From assembly GCA_964597675.1 (NCBI GenBank), contig CAZQYV010000001.1, positions 10,903-59,057 on the forward strand: a stretch of DNA of 48,155 nucleotides. Direction: 5' to 3'. The position numbers were made by a program, and so were the translations under genes. Numbering within the stretch: the first letter of the stretch is position 1; each line of letters starts with the position of its first letter. Positions 18,273 through 27,205 of the stretch are shown piece after piece. Under the pieces are notes generated by a model, which was given only the letters and a program-made list of their open reading frames with translations, made no database searches and was not told the DNA's origin. Source of the DNA: an uncultured Candidatus Saccharibacteria bacterium. Its GTDB lineage: Bacteria; Patescibacteriota; Minisyncoccia; Phycocordibacterales; DATDWN01.

Positions 18273-18398
18273 ACAAAACTCTTGGCTCGGTATACCTTTT
18301 TTAGAGCACGGATAAATCGTTGCTACGATTTTCCTCAAGTCTCGTGCCGTCGCACTTGCGAAGTCTCCAAAAAAGGTACACCTACGCCGTAGTTTTGT
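18273..18398 (-). repeat. Structured intergenic element, type A copy 2 (sense = minus strand), inside the T4SS-like operon
   Basis: Minus-strand read: ACAAAACT-ACGGCGTA-GGTGTACCTTTTTTGGAG-ACTTCGCAAG-TGC GACG GCA-CGAGACTTGAG-GAAAATCGT AGCA ACGATTTATCC-GTG-CTCTAAAAAAGGTATACC-GAGCCAAG-AGTTTTGT. It starts 10 nt after the virB4-like stop. Confidence 0.85.
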
Positions 18399-18408
18399 GA
18401 GCAAAATA

Positions 18409-20223
18409 CTATTGTCCGCTCTGCTCAAGTTCTGCTTTAGCTTTTTTAATAGAGAGAATTTGTGATGGGTCTGATGTAATGATCTGATCTTCTGTGTAAG
18501 ATGAGATAACTTTGACTGCAACATGCTTTAGTCCTGCAAAGAATATACCCTCACCAACATCTGATTCTAGAAGGAGGTATTTTTCCTCTTCTGTTAGACT
18601 AAAGACTTGTTGGAGACGATCAATCGAGGTTGGAGATTGTTTGAGGAGTATTTGGATAGATGAGTTTGTAATAATTGGCACTCCATATGGAGATTTCATA
18701 AAATCATCCACATCTTGGGTAATTGTTGCTAGTCCAAGGTAGTATTTTCGTCCACGTTTTGCCAAAGAAAGTAGAAATGAAGCCGTATCTTCAGATTTCA
18801 TCATCCACCACGCCTCATCAATTACCAAAAGTCGCTTCTTGAGTTTCTTTCGAATAACATTCCAGATATAGTGAGTGACGATATACATTGCAATCGGTTT
18901 CAACTCATCTTCCATATCGCGCAGAGAAAAGACAACTAATTTTTTGTTTATATCAACATTTGATGGTCGGTTTATAAATCCGGCCCATGTACCACGTGTG
19001 TATTTTGTTAGGCGCTGCGCCAACGACTCCCCCCCTTCCATACCAGAAAGGACTAATTCGAAATCAGACATTAGTGGAGGTTCAACATCTTTGAAATCCG
19101 AATCTGCTGTAATATCTTTCAAGGCATATGTTTCTGTAATTGCTCTGTCAATAATCGCATCTTCTTCTGGGGTTATTCCTCCCATCATGATACGAAATAG
19201 CCCAACAAGATTGATGATGTTTGAACGGAGAATATTTGAAAAAGATTCTCCTTCCCCAGGGGTTGGGAGTTCAAATGGGTTGATATGGTGTTCAGAGTTT
19301 AGGGAAATATTGAAATATCGCCCACCGACTGTCTCTGCTAAATATTCATACTCCCGTTCTGGATCAATAACAATAACATCTGTATCAAACATAAGTGTAC
19401 GGAGAATTTCCAGTTTGGTATTGTATGATTTTCCAGCACCAGATTTTGCAAATGTAATCGAATTGTAGTTTTCCAAAGAAAATCGGTCAAATAAAATAAG
19501 ACTAGAATTATGACGGTTTATACCATACAAAATACCCTTGTTTGATGTAAGATCGAAAGAAATAAAAGGAAAAAGACTGGAAAGTGGCGATGAATTGAGT
19601 TTGCTGTAGACTTTTAGTTCGTCTGTACCGATTGGTATAGTCGTTTTAAATCCTTGTTCCTGTTGAAATAGGGCTGGTTTTACATAAACCATCTTTGCTT
19701 CTAGGATTGATTTTATTTCGGATTCTATTTTATCGAGCTCTGCGTCATCGTTTCCATAGACAGTAAGATATAAACCAACATCAAAAAGCTTTTCCTGTGC
19801 TTGTTGAAGTTGATCGCGGAGGTTTTCTAGGTCTTGGTACGCTGTGTCTAGCATTGGATCACGGACCAACCCTTTTGCTTCTCGGGTATTTATTTGGCTC
19901 TGTACTTCAGCCACTTTTTTCTGAAATGTGCGCAAGACGTCTGATGTCTGTATTGGTTGAATATAAATTGATATATCAAAAATCTTATCTAGATTAATAA
20001 CCGGAGCAAACCAACTTTCTGATAAATATCGCGGGTAGGATATAACAAAAAAACTACGAAGGACTTTTTCTCCAAGATTAATTTCTTTTGGTGTTATATG
20101 GAGAGCGCTCGGAGCAATGATATCTTTTAACTCCAATGAACCTGCATCATATATCTCTTGGGGTAGGATAGATGTTATTTCTGGTTCCTTCTTTTTTGGT
20201 TGTAAAAAATCAAATAGTCCCAT
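18409..20223 (-). CDS. VirB4/TrsE/PrgJ-type type IV secretion ATPase
   Basis: Walker A FAKSGAGKSYNTK and Walker B LLVIDEAWWMM. About 600 aa with a VirB4-type N-terminal domain (YPRYLSESWFAPVINLDKIFDISIYIQP). The likely start MGLFDFLQPKK at 20223 lies 4 nt after the upstream stop. Confidence 0.85.
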   Translation of the reverse strand: MGLFDFLQPKKKEPEITSILPQEIYDAGSLELKDIIAPSALHITPKEINLGEKVLRSFFVISYPRYLSESWFAPVINLDKIFDISIYIQPIQTSDVLRTFQKKVAEVQSQINTREAKGLVRDPMLDTAYQDLENLRDQLQQAQEKLFDVGLYLTVYGNDDAELDKIESEIKSILEAKMVYVKPALFQQEQGFKTTIPIGTDELKVYSKLNSSPLSSLFPFISFDLTSNKGILYGINRHNSSLILFDRFSLENYNSITFAKSGAGKSYNTKLEILRTLMFDTDVIVIDPEREYEYLAETVGGRYFNISLNSEHHINPFELPTPGEGESFSNILRSNIINLVGLFRIMMGGITPEEDAIIDRAITETYALKDITADSDFKDVEPPLMSDFELVLSGMEGGESLAQRLTKYTRGTWAGFINRPSNVDINKKLVVFSLRDMEDELKPIAMYIVTHYIWNVIRKKLKKRLLVIDEAWWMMKSEDTASFLLSLAKRGRKYYLGLATITQDVDDFMKSPYGVPIITNSSIQILLKQSPTSIDRLQQVFSLTEEEKYLLLESDVGEGIFFAGLKHVAVKVISSYTEDQIITSDPSQILSIKKAKAELEQSGQ

Positions 20224-20227
20224 GATA

Positions 20228-20863
20228 TTAATTGAGTTTAATAGGTTTTTCTGAATCTCCCGGATTAAATGTCTTATAGAACAATTCAATCACCTCTTCT
20301 GTCCCAAGTCGAACAACACGAATACCACATCGGACCAATCCTTGTTCGACAACCCCAACACGTTGTTCAAGTTGTGTTCTATTTTCTTCAAATGATGCTT
20401 GTTTCTGTTCGGCAACTTCTTCGTTTGTCTTTTTGAAAAAACTCCCACCTATGCCACCTTTTACATTTAGTAGTGCAGGGTCATATGGCACAACAACAAA
20501 GAAACTTTTAGTCATAATGTTTGTTGTTTCTGTAAATTTTTTAATGAAATCAATATATTCTCGTGTCTGTATTTTCATTAGATCATTCATTTGTTCCTTG
20601 TATCGATCCTCTAAAAGGGCTACATATGGCCGTATATCCAAACGTCGTGACTCGACCGATATTTGAATTGGAAAATCAAGTGAATTTAGAAAATCTTGAA
20701 ACTGGAGGACAATTGCATTGCGTTCATCATCAGATTTGAGAGAAAAGTTGAGAGATGAAGCGAGCACGACTGCACGCATACCGCCGTCTTTTAATGTGAC
20801 GACGCCATCGCGTACATCTTTTATTGGAACAAACTCTTGTGTTGCTTGAGAAGAAACTGCCAT
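20228..20863 (-). CDS. Free-standing protein resembling the N-terminal domain of Gram-positive VirB4 ATPases (tentative)
   Basis: 211 aa. The segment QEFVPIKDVRDGVVTLKDGGMRAVVLASSLNFSLKSDDERNAIVLQFQDFLNSLDFPIQISVES follows the pattern seen at VirB4/TrsE N-termini. No P-loop is present. Confidence 0.5.
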   Translation of the reverse strand: MAVSSQATQEFVPIKDVRDGVVTLKDGGMRAVVLASSLNFSLKSDDERNAIVLQFQDFLNSLDFPIQISVESRRLDIRPYVALLEDRYKEQMNDLMKIQTREYIDFIKKFTETTNIMTKSFFVVVPYDPALLNVKGGIGGSFFKKTNEEVAEQKQASFEENRTQLEQRVGVVEQGLVRCGIRVVRLGTEEVIELFYKTFNPGDSEKPIKLN

Positions 20864-20912
20864 GAGACAATTATAACAGATATTTATAAATTAAAACATA
20901 AATACGAAAATT

Positions 20913-21347
20913 TTACCGTGTATGTGTGCCATCATCTCTTGTAACCGGGTTTGTGTTTTCATTTATATCGAGGTTCCACGACAATTCTTTTAATTTACTC
21001 TCGGATAATCGTGGTACAAACACTTGAGCAGGTTCTGCTTTTTCTGCTTCTTTATGTTCAGGTTTTCGTTCTTGTTTTTTCCAGATATAGAGACGGTCTT
21101 TTGTGTAATATAAAAATCCAGCTTCAAGAAAGTCTATAAACGGCTTGTTGTTGACCTTATAAAATGCCAAAGCAAGCGAAAGTGCGGCGAGAGCCCCAAT
21201 AATAAAAATAGAGATAATGAATGGTAGAAATCGATAGGCAAGGAAAATAAGTCCTGCTCCCCCAGCCAGGTAAATGAACTGTTTGACGGTCAGTGGGCCG
21301 ATGACTTTGTCCTCTATCTCAATAAATTGTGGTACTTGGTATCGCAT
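20913..21347 (-). CDS. PrgI-family (VirB3-like) membrane protein
   Basis: MRYQVPQFIEIEDKVIGPLTVKQFIYL followed by two TM helices. Size is 144 aa, and it lies immediately upstream of the VirB4-type genes. Confidence 0.7.
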   Translation of the reverse strand: MRYQVPQFIEIEDKVIGPLTVKQFIYLAGGAGLIFLAYRFLPFIISIFIIGALAALSLALAFYKVNNKPFIDFLEAGFLYYTKDRLYIWKKQERKPEHKEAEKAEPAQVFVPRLSESKLKELSWNLDINENTNPVTRDDGTHTR

Positions 21348-21348
21348 A

Positions 21349-22569
21349 TTATTCTATAGGTTCTCGATAAGGGTCAGTTGTATATTTTTCAGGTGTGCCT
21401 GTCGGCTTCTCTATTTTAGGCTTAACAACAGAATTTAATTTTGCCTCAATAATATTTTGTGGAGCAGTGTTGTTTTGAGGTACGGTCTGTGCAGGTGTCT
21501 GCTCCTGTGGTATCTCATCGGGTGCTGTTGCGGTAAAACGAGGCACAGGTACGGCGGGTACTTGTATTTCAGTAGGTTGCGACGGCCACACAATATGTGA
21601 AGGTTCTTCCATAACAGGTTTTTGTTCGACAGGAGTTTGTACTGGTGTTTCTGGTGTAGCAGGGGCTTGTTTCATCCATGGTGCTGCTGGTGGCACTGGG
21701 GTTACTGGCGTAGGTGTTTGTATAGCTTGTGGTGCAGGGGCAGGAGCCTTTCGAGTCTCAATAGGTTTCTCTTGAACTTCAATCGCCCCTGGTAAATTCT
21801 CTGGTACAAATGGGGTGGCTTGTTGAGGGATTGGTTTTGACACAAGTGGTTTTTCCTCCCCTCTTTTTTCAATTGTTTTTAGTGCGTAGTCAAAAACGCG
21901 TGTATCAAGATCACTCATAATTTGCTCAGCTAACACATCAGACAAATTTAGATCATTTATTAAAGATCCAAGAAAATCTTCAGGTGTTTCAAGACCAAGT
22001 AGACTTGATAATACCTTATTCTCAAGTTTATCTATCTGGTCAGGTGTTAATGAATATTTTCGTGCAATTTCCCGGACCCGTTCTTTGATAGTTTCATCAA
22101 ATAAACCTTTCAAATTAGCATCATTTGATGCAATATCTTTGATCTTATGTATCAAATCATTCTTATTCCCTAAAGAATCCTCATCTTCAACTGACGCTAA
22201 GTATGATTCAATATCAAAATCATTACCATTTTCCTGTTCAGTGCGTTTTGTGTTTTCGAGTATTTGTCTGAAAAATAGGTCCATTCCATAAAAGAACTTC
22301 TTTTTGATGTCAGAATCAATTTTGGCCGCAATATCATCACCAACACTTAAATCATTTTTTATATTCTCTTTTAATTTGTAAGGATTATCAAATCCCATAA
22401 GTACATACTGTGTGGTTGTATTAAGTGTATTAATCTGGAGTTCTGATAAATGGTATATGTGACCCAGATTTTCTATCTCAGTCGTAAATTCTGCAGATGC
22501 CAAAACTTCTCGCATCTTTCTTGGTAACGAATTATATCTATCCTTAAATTGTTGTGATGAATAATTCAT
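21349..22569 (-). CDS. Protein with two N-terminal helical repeats and a proline-rich C-terminal half (unknown function)
   Basis: ATG at 22569; the track ORF begins at a TTG 12 nt upstream. Contains two ~70-aa similar modules. The C-terminal PAPAPQAIQTPTPVTPVPPAAP-type tract has no TM helix. Confidence 0.6.
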   Translation of the reverse strand: MNYSSQQFKDRYNSLPRKMREVLASAEFTTEIENLGHIYHLSELQINTLNTTTQYVLMGFDNPYKLKENIKNDLSVGDDIAAKIDSDIKKKFFYGMDLFFRQILENTKRTEQENGNDFDIESYLASVEDEDSLGNKNDLIHKIKDIASNDANLKGLFDETIKERVREIARKYSLTPDQIDKLENKVLSSLLGLETPEDFLGSLINDLNLSDVLAEQIMSDLDTRVFDYALKTIEKRGEEKPLVSKPIPQQATPFVPENLPGAIEVQEKPIETRKAPAPAPQAIQTPTPVTPVPPAAPWMKQAPATPETPVQTPVEQKPVMEEPSHIVWPSQPTEIQVPAVPVPRFTATAPDEIPQEQTPAQTVPQNNTAPQNIIEAKLNSVVKPKIEKPTGTPEKYTTDPYREPIE

Positions 22570-22571
22570 AT

Positions 22572-24959
22572 TTATGTCCAATATCCAACTTCAGCTGGTT
22601 GGCTAATATATGCTTTGTGTGCTGCCTGACTTGCATATGGTGCGGCCGTGTTATTTATAACTGCGATAATCTCATCAATTTCAGCTTGGTCTAGATCCCC
22701 GTTTGCTTTCAAATCACGTAAATGTGGAACCGAAAGCCTCTTAATAACTTCTGGATTCTTAATTGCATCAGAAGAAAGGTTTCTAGCCTGTTTTGCTGGT
22801 AGTTTAGGTCCTTTCCCACCAACTGGCCCAATAAGCGTATCAAGTGTTGCTCCTGGTGTAGGTCCTGTACTGCCAGTAGGAATTGTAGGAAGTGAAAGTT
22901 TATTAATATCATCAATAGCTTGTTTGAATTTTTGTTTTCCTTCAGCCTCTCTTTCTTCTTTTTCTGTTTTTTCACGTTCCTCTTGTGAAAGTGATGCTCG
23001 CATTTTATTTCTCAAATCTGTTCCATCAGTTGCATTTTTGACTTTCAGTGGGTCTGCAGGGAGTTTAGATACCTCCTGATCAAGTGCCACACGGTTACGC
23101 GCAGATAATTTTTCATATATAAACTGTTGATCTTTTTCCTCATCGATTTTAGCAAATTCCTCAGCAAAAGCAGTTTGGTTATTTTTGTTTCGGCGAATAA
23201 CAGCCTCCAATTGGTCTTCTCGAGACAAACCTTCACGCATTTTCTTAATAATTTCGTTCCCAGCATCTCCAGGATTTTGTTTTGCTACCTCTCGCTCAAA
23301 TGCATCACGCTCACGAGGTGACAATTTTTCGTATATATATTTTTGTGCAGCACGCTCGCGACCAATAACATCAGTACTTGTAAGATATGTCGCCAAAACT
23401 TCTGGCTTATTTCGATATTTTTTAAGCACCACATCCCCCTCCTTTTTCTTCTTTTCAAGTTTTCTTTCCTTAATACCAGCAATACCACCTTCAGCAAATT
23501 TTTCATTAAATGGAATACCTTTACCTAAATTAACTCCTGTTTGTTTCTGTATCTGTTCACCAACCGAACTGCGTCTCAAATCAAAAGTTGATTCATTCCC
23601 TTTTTTCGCAGTCTTAAGAAGTGCTCGTGCACCAAGTCCTTTAAAACCACTTCCTGTGGCAGCGGCTTCCTGTAATTTTTTATTTTCAGCAATCAGTCCG
23701 GCACCTCTTCCAACCGTGTTTCGGAGTACCCCACCAGCAACACCACCCATAAGTACCCCACCCGCAGCCGCAGTGAGCCAATTTGTGGCGGTACCAAGCA
23801 TACTCGATCCCGCTGTTGCGTATTTTTTTGCCATGCTAATAGACATGATTACAAGTCCAAGCACTACTGCAAGATTTATAACAAGCACAATATTTGCACC
23901 TTTTCCGTTGACCAAGCCCGCCCATCCGGATATATCATTTGTACGAGGAATTATGCCTGTCGCAAGGACAAGTGTCACCCATGTCATAAACATGTAGATT
24001 GGGCCAAAGAGACATTGTCCCATAAGAGTTTTCCACCAATCACTTTGAGATGATTTAATAGAAGGAAACGCATATCCCATAAAAGCAATCGGCGAAAGAA
24101 CCATGAGAATTATAAGGGTAATATACCGAATAAGAAACATGGCACTGACTGCAATAAACGCAATTGCAACGGTTAGAAAGATAAGTGCTCCAAATAAGAC
24201 TAAAATGATACGTGATGTTCTTCCTCCATCTGAAAGATCTCCCGCCACTTTGTTAATTGAATCTTTTCTAAAAAAAGATGTCACATCTAATGTATTCATA
24301 AATGCACTTGAGAGTCCCCCTGTATTTTTATCAAGTGCAATCCCAGTACCACTCGAGTCTTTATTATCAATAGTGGTTGTTAGATCTGCGTTTGTGCCAC
24401 TGACTATTGATTTATAGAAGCCAATCGTAACAATATTTGATGCATCTATAATTACTTTTGTGACAAGGAGACTAAAGTTGAGAAGAAGTGATGTGAGGAT
24501 AATACCAATAACCAATTTTTTTGCATCCCCCCCTAACCCGAGTATTTTCTTCATCCCTTCAAAAATAAGAAGGAATATGAATCCGATATTCATGAGGTCT
24601 CGCATAACCACCCAAACCGTTTTTATACCCTCAATTTTATTTATATTGTCAGAAAATGTAACAACAGTGATTTCTATTACTTTATCGAGGAGGTATCCTG
24701 ACGCCCAGAGAAGCAAACTCATAAGCTGTAATATGAGGTATGCAAAGGGTAGTATAATTCCAGTCAGAATATTATCCCATGCAAAACCAACAAGAGTACC
24801 TCCATACTGCTTGAAAAAAGATTGCCCAGGAAGAAGATTGTCCTTTACTGTTTCGGCTACACTTGGTGGGGTTGCGGGTGTCTGTCCATACACCACAAAA
24901 GGCGAGAAAATCGCCAAGAGGAGAACAAAAATGGTGATGTAAGAGAAAACTTTTTTCAT
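22572..24959 (-). CDS. Large polytopic VirB6/TrbL-like membrane protein with long charged C-terminal tail
   Basis: 795 aa. N-terminal signal/TM and multiple TM helices over roughly aa 60-400 (e.g. IILVLFGALIFLTVAIAFIAVSAMFLIRYITLIILMVLSPIAFMGYAF). The ~370-aa hydrophilic tail contains a tandem repeat (QKYIYEKLSPRERDAFEREV / QQFIYEKLSARNRVALDQEV). Confidence 0.65.
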   Translation of the reverse strand: MKKVFSYITIFVLLLAIFSPFVVYGQTPATPPSVAETVKDNLLPGQSFFKQYGGTLVGFAWDNILTGIILPFAYLILQLMSLLLWASGYLLDKVIEITVVTFSDNINKIEGIKTVWVVMRDLMNIGFIFLLIFEGMKKILGLGGDAKKLVIGIILTSLLLNFSLLVTKVIIDASNIVTIGFYKSIVSGTNADLTTTIDNKDSSGTGIALDKNTGGLSSAFMNTLDVTSFFRKDSINKVAGDLSDGGRTSRIILVLFGALIFLTVAIAFIAVSAMFLIRYITLIILMVLSPIAFMGYAFPSIKSSQSDWWKTLMGQCLFGPIYMFMTWVTLVLATGIIPRTNDISGWAGLVNGKGANIVLVINLAVVLGLVIMSISMAKKYATAGSSMLGTATNWLTAAAGGVLMGGVAGGVLRNTVGRGAGLIAENKKLQEAAATGSGFKGLGARALLKTAKKGNESTFDLRRSSVGEQIQKQTGVNLGKGIPFNEKFAEGGIAGIKERKLEKKKKEGDVVLKKYRNKPEVLATYLTSTDVIGRERAAQKYIYEKLSPRERDAFEREVAKQNPGDAGNEIIKKMREGLSREDQLEAVIRRNKNNQTAFAEEFAKIDEEKDQQFIYEKLSARNRVALDQEVSKLPADPLKVKNATDGTDLRNKMRASLSQEEREKTEKEEREAEGKQKFKQAIDDINKLSLPTIPTGSTGPTPGATLDTLIGPVGGKGPKLPAKQARNLSSDAIKNPEVIKRLSVPHLRDLKANGDLDQAEIDEIIAVINNTAAPYASQAAHKAYISQPAEVGYWT

Positions 24960-24965
24960 GAAATC

Positions 24966-26282
24966 CTATGGGGTTAGTGGTGTTGTGCTTGTCGATGAAT
25001 CATTATATCTATCAGCATATTTCTTTGTTTGAGCGTCAACCTCCTGATCTGTTGGTGGTGTATATACTGGCTGTAATAATTCGACTGGTGTGCTCGATGC
25101 GACTAAATCTCTATTTTTTAAATCTTCACTCGTACTTTCTGGAGATCCGTTTGCCATTTTTTCGATAAGTGATCGTGATGCATTGTCAGCAACACTTTTC
25201 TCTGTGGCACCCTTGAGTCCATTACCGATTCCACCAACGACCATTTGGAAGAGTTGTGTCATCAGGGCACTGACAATTTGGTTTATATCATTAACCAACT
25301 CGAGTTGTGTGACTGAACTACCGATAACTTTATTAAGTTGTGTACCAATAACACTGCCTGGTGTAACCGCTTCCTTGTCCCCTGGTGCACAATCTCCTTG
25401 TCCGAGGCCACTATCAATATATTCAACAGTTGTTTTGTATTTTTTACATTGAGGAGGATTTTTAGTAAAGTCGACTTGCCCCTCTTCACACTCTGTTGTA
25501 GGTGTGGCTGTCAGCTGTCCACTACCCGTCAAGGTTGCTCCTTTTTTACATCTTTCAAATGATAAAAAACCTAGACCACGATTGAGTTGGTCATCATATT
25601 TTTTATTTTGGCTACCAATTTGGACATCAAGGTCACTCTGGGCGTTGATGAGGGCTCCAAACGGGTTGTTCTGGCTATTTTGAGTCATACTAAACCACCC
25701 TTCCCATCCACCCTCATCAAAATTTTTCATAAAAGCATCATAGTTTTTTTCCACGGTCCCAAGTGTACATGCATATTGTGTTTGATCATTGAGATAATTT
25801 TTTGCTAAAGCAAGTCTCACTTGTGCACGAAAAGGTGTACAGAGTTTATTGAGCGCAGAGTTTTCTGACAGCATTTTTGCGGCAACCGTATCCCCAACAT
25901 TGAGGAAAAATTGGTTTGGATCGGTCACAAAGGCAGGATTTCCTTTGAAACCGCTGTTTACCCAGTTGACTGTTTGTGCGGTGATACCACGGATAATTTG
26001 TCGAGCAACAAAAATAGCCAGTGGCTTGCCAATAAATTCTTTTATATTAAGTGTTGTTTGATTTGTGGCGCTAACTACTGTCGCTGGGGCAATTGCACCA
26101 AGGAGAACAGAATTAAGAGCATGGGAACCAGCATTAAAAAGATCAGCAACAGGCAAAAGAGGAATAATAGCTTCTGTTTTTTTTGGTGCTGTAAAAAAGA
26201 AAAGTGGAACGATGAGGAGTATAAAAAGTAAAGCTGATCCAATACGTTTCTTTGATCGTTGTGTATAGTCAAATAGAGGCAT
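24966..26282 (-). CDS. Membrane-anchored/secreted protein of unknown function (T4SS-like cluster)
   Basis: ATG 26282 (MPLFDY...) or GTG 26306. TM helix ALLFILLIVPLFFF followed by a large extracytoplasmic domain with several Cys. 6 nt separate it from the VirB6-like gene. Confidence 0.6.
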   Translation of the reverse strand: MPLFDYTQRSKKRIGSALLFILLIVPLFFFTAPKKTEAIIPLLPVADLFNAGSHALNSVLLGAIAPATVVSATNQTTLNIKEFIGKPLAIFVARQIIRGITAQTVNWVNSGFKGNPAFVTDPNQFFLNVGDTVAAKMLSENSALNKLCTPFRAQVRLALAKNYLNDQTQYACTLGTVEKNYDAFMKNFDEGGWEGWFSMTQNSQNNPFGALINAQSDLDVQIGSQNKKYDDQLNRGLGFLSFERCKKGATLTGSGQLTATPTTECEEGQVDFTKNPPQCKKYKTTVEYIDSGLGQGDCAPGDKEAVTPGSVIGTQLNKVIGSSVTQLELVNDINQIVSALMTQLFQMVVGGIGNGLKGATEKSVADNASRSLIEKMANGSPESTSEDLKNRDLVASSTPVELLQPVYTPPTDQEVDAQTKKYADRYNDSSTSTTPLTP

Positions 26283-26352
26283 GGTAGTGTCTATAGTATA
26301 CACCACCTACTGCAATAAAAACTAGCAATTCTGTTGAAAAGTTTTAGGAAAA

Positions 26353-27162
26353 TTATTGTTTTGAGCGAAAATACATGTCAAGTTCTTTTAGAGCGGATAC
26401 AATGTCTTGGGCATGTTGGTCATATAGACTTAATGCAGAGAAACTTTTGACAGGATCTGAAAGAGAGAGCCGCAACCCTTGGACATTTGCAAGTATATTT
26501 GAGAGTGAATTGAGATATGCAAGGTGAACATCTACCGCATCATGAGGAATTGTCATTGTTTGGAGGTCTTTGACCATATTTTGTAGTAATACGATAATCG
26601 GATCAAGTTTTTTTAGGTCACTTTCTTTTTCAGATTTGACTGCTCTTTCAACAATTACCTGTACACTTTCATATTTTTCTGTCGAATTTCGTAGCATACT
26701 CTGTGTTAGTGCGTTTCGATATGCTATTACAGTTGCATCGTCACTTTTTGCTGATATACGTAGGTTTTTCTCTGTATAGACAGTACCTGTGGCGTGTGTG
26801 TAGTCCCCTGCTGAAAGGGTACTTTCTACAATAGTTGCTGTATCTGTTTCCGTAATTTGCCCATTTTGGTTTTTCAAAATCAAATACTGGGCCATAAAGT
26901 CTTTTGCAAGTTTACCTGTCAGGGTATTGTCATCTGTACTCGGTGCATTTTCATCACTAACTAGGATAATTGTCCTATCACTACTTGTCGCGTCTGACAA
27001 AAGATCCTGCCAGTTGTAGGTGTTGGTGTTTTTTGTTACTTCAGCAATTATAGAATCGGTGCTTTGGGCACCTTTTGTGCTGAATTTGTGGTCAATAATA
27101 TAGACTGAAGCGATAATACCGAGGCAGACGATCAATACCCCAATAATTTTTTTGCTTGGCAT
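26353..27162 (-). CDS. Single-pass membrane protein of unknown function (first gene of the minus-strand T4SS-like string)
   Basis: 269 aa with TM helix IIGVLIVCLGIIASVYII, then a mostly helical ectodomain. Confidence 0.6.
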   Translation of the reverse strand: MPSKKIIGVLIVCLGIIASVYIIDHKFSTKGAQSTDSIIAEVTKNTNTYNWQDLLSDATSSDRTIILVSDENAPSTDDNTLTGKLAKDFMAQYLILKNQNGQITETDTATIVESTLSAGDYTHATGTVYTEKNLRISAKSDDATVIAYRNALTQSMLRNSTEKYESVQVIVERAVKSEKESDLKKLDPIIVLLQNMVKDLQTMTIPHDAVDVHLAYLNSLSNILANVQGLRLSLSDPVKSFSALSLYDQHAQDIVSALKELDMYFRSKQ

Positions 27163-27166
27163 GTGA

Positions 27167-27205
27167 ATAGTATATCATATTCTCTTTTTGGAGATGATAT
27201 ACTAT
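27167..27205. promoter_or_regulatory. Perfect 12-bp inverted repeat spanning the 41-bp divergent spacer (operator and/or mirrored -10 elements)
   Basis: ATAGTATATCAT (27167-27178) and ATGATATACTAT (27194-27205), 15 nt apart. Each arm contains TATACT when read toward its gene. Each arm ends at or within a few nt of the respective start codon (27162 minus, 27204 plus). Confidence 0.45.

Noticed and set aside
23185-23997. 270-aa plus-strand ORF, the largest of several antisense ORFs inside the VirB6/TrbL-like gene.
   Set aside because: It lies fully inside and antisense to a convincing 795-aa membrane protein gene. Its low-complexity S/P/F/A-rich composition is typical of a shadow ORF.
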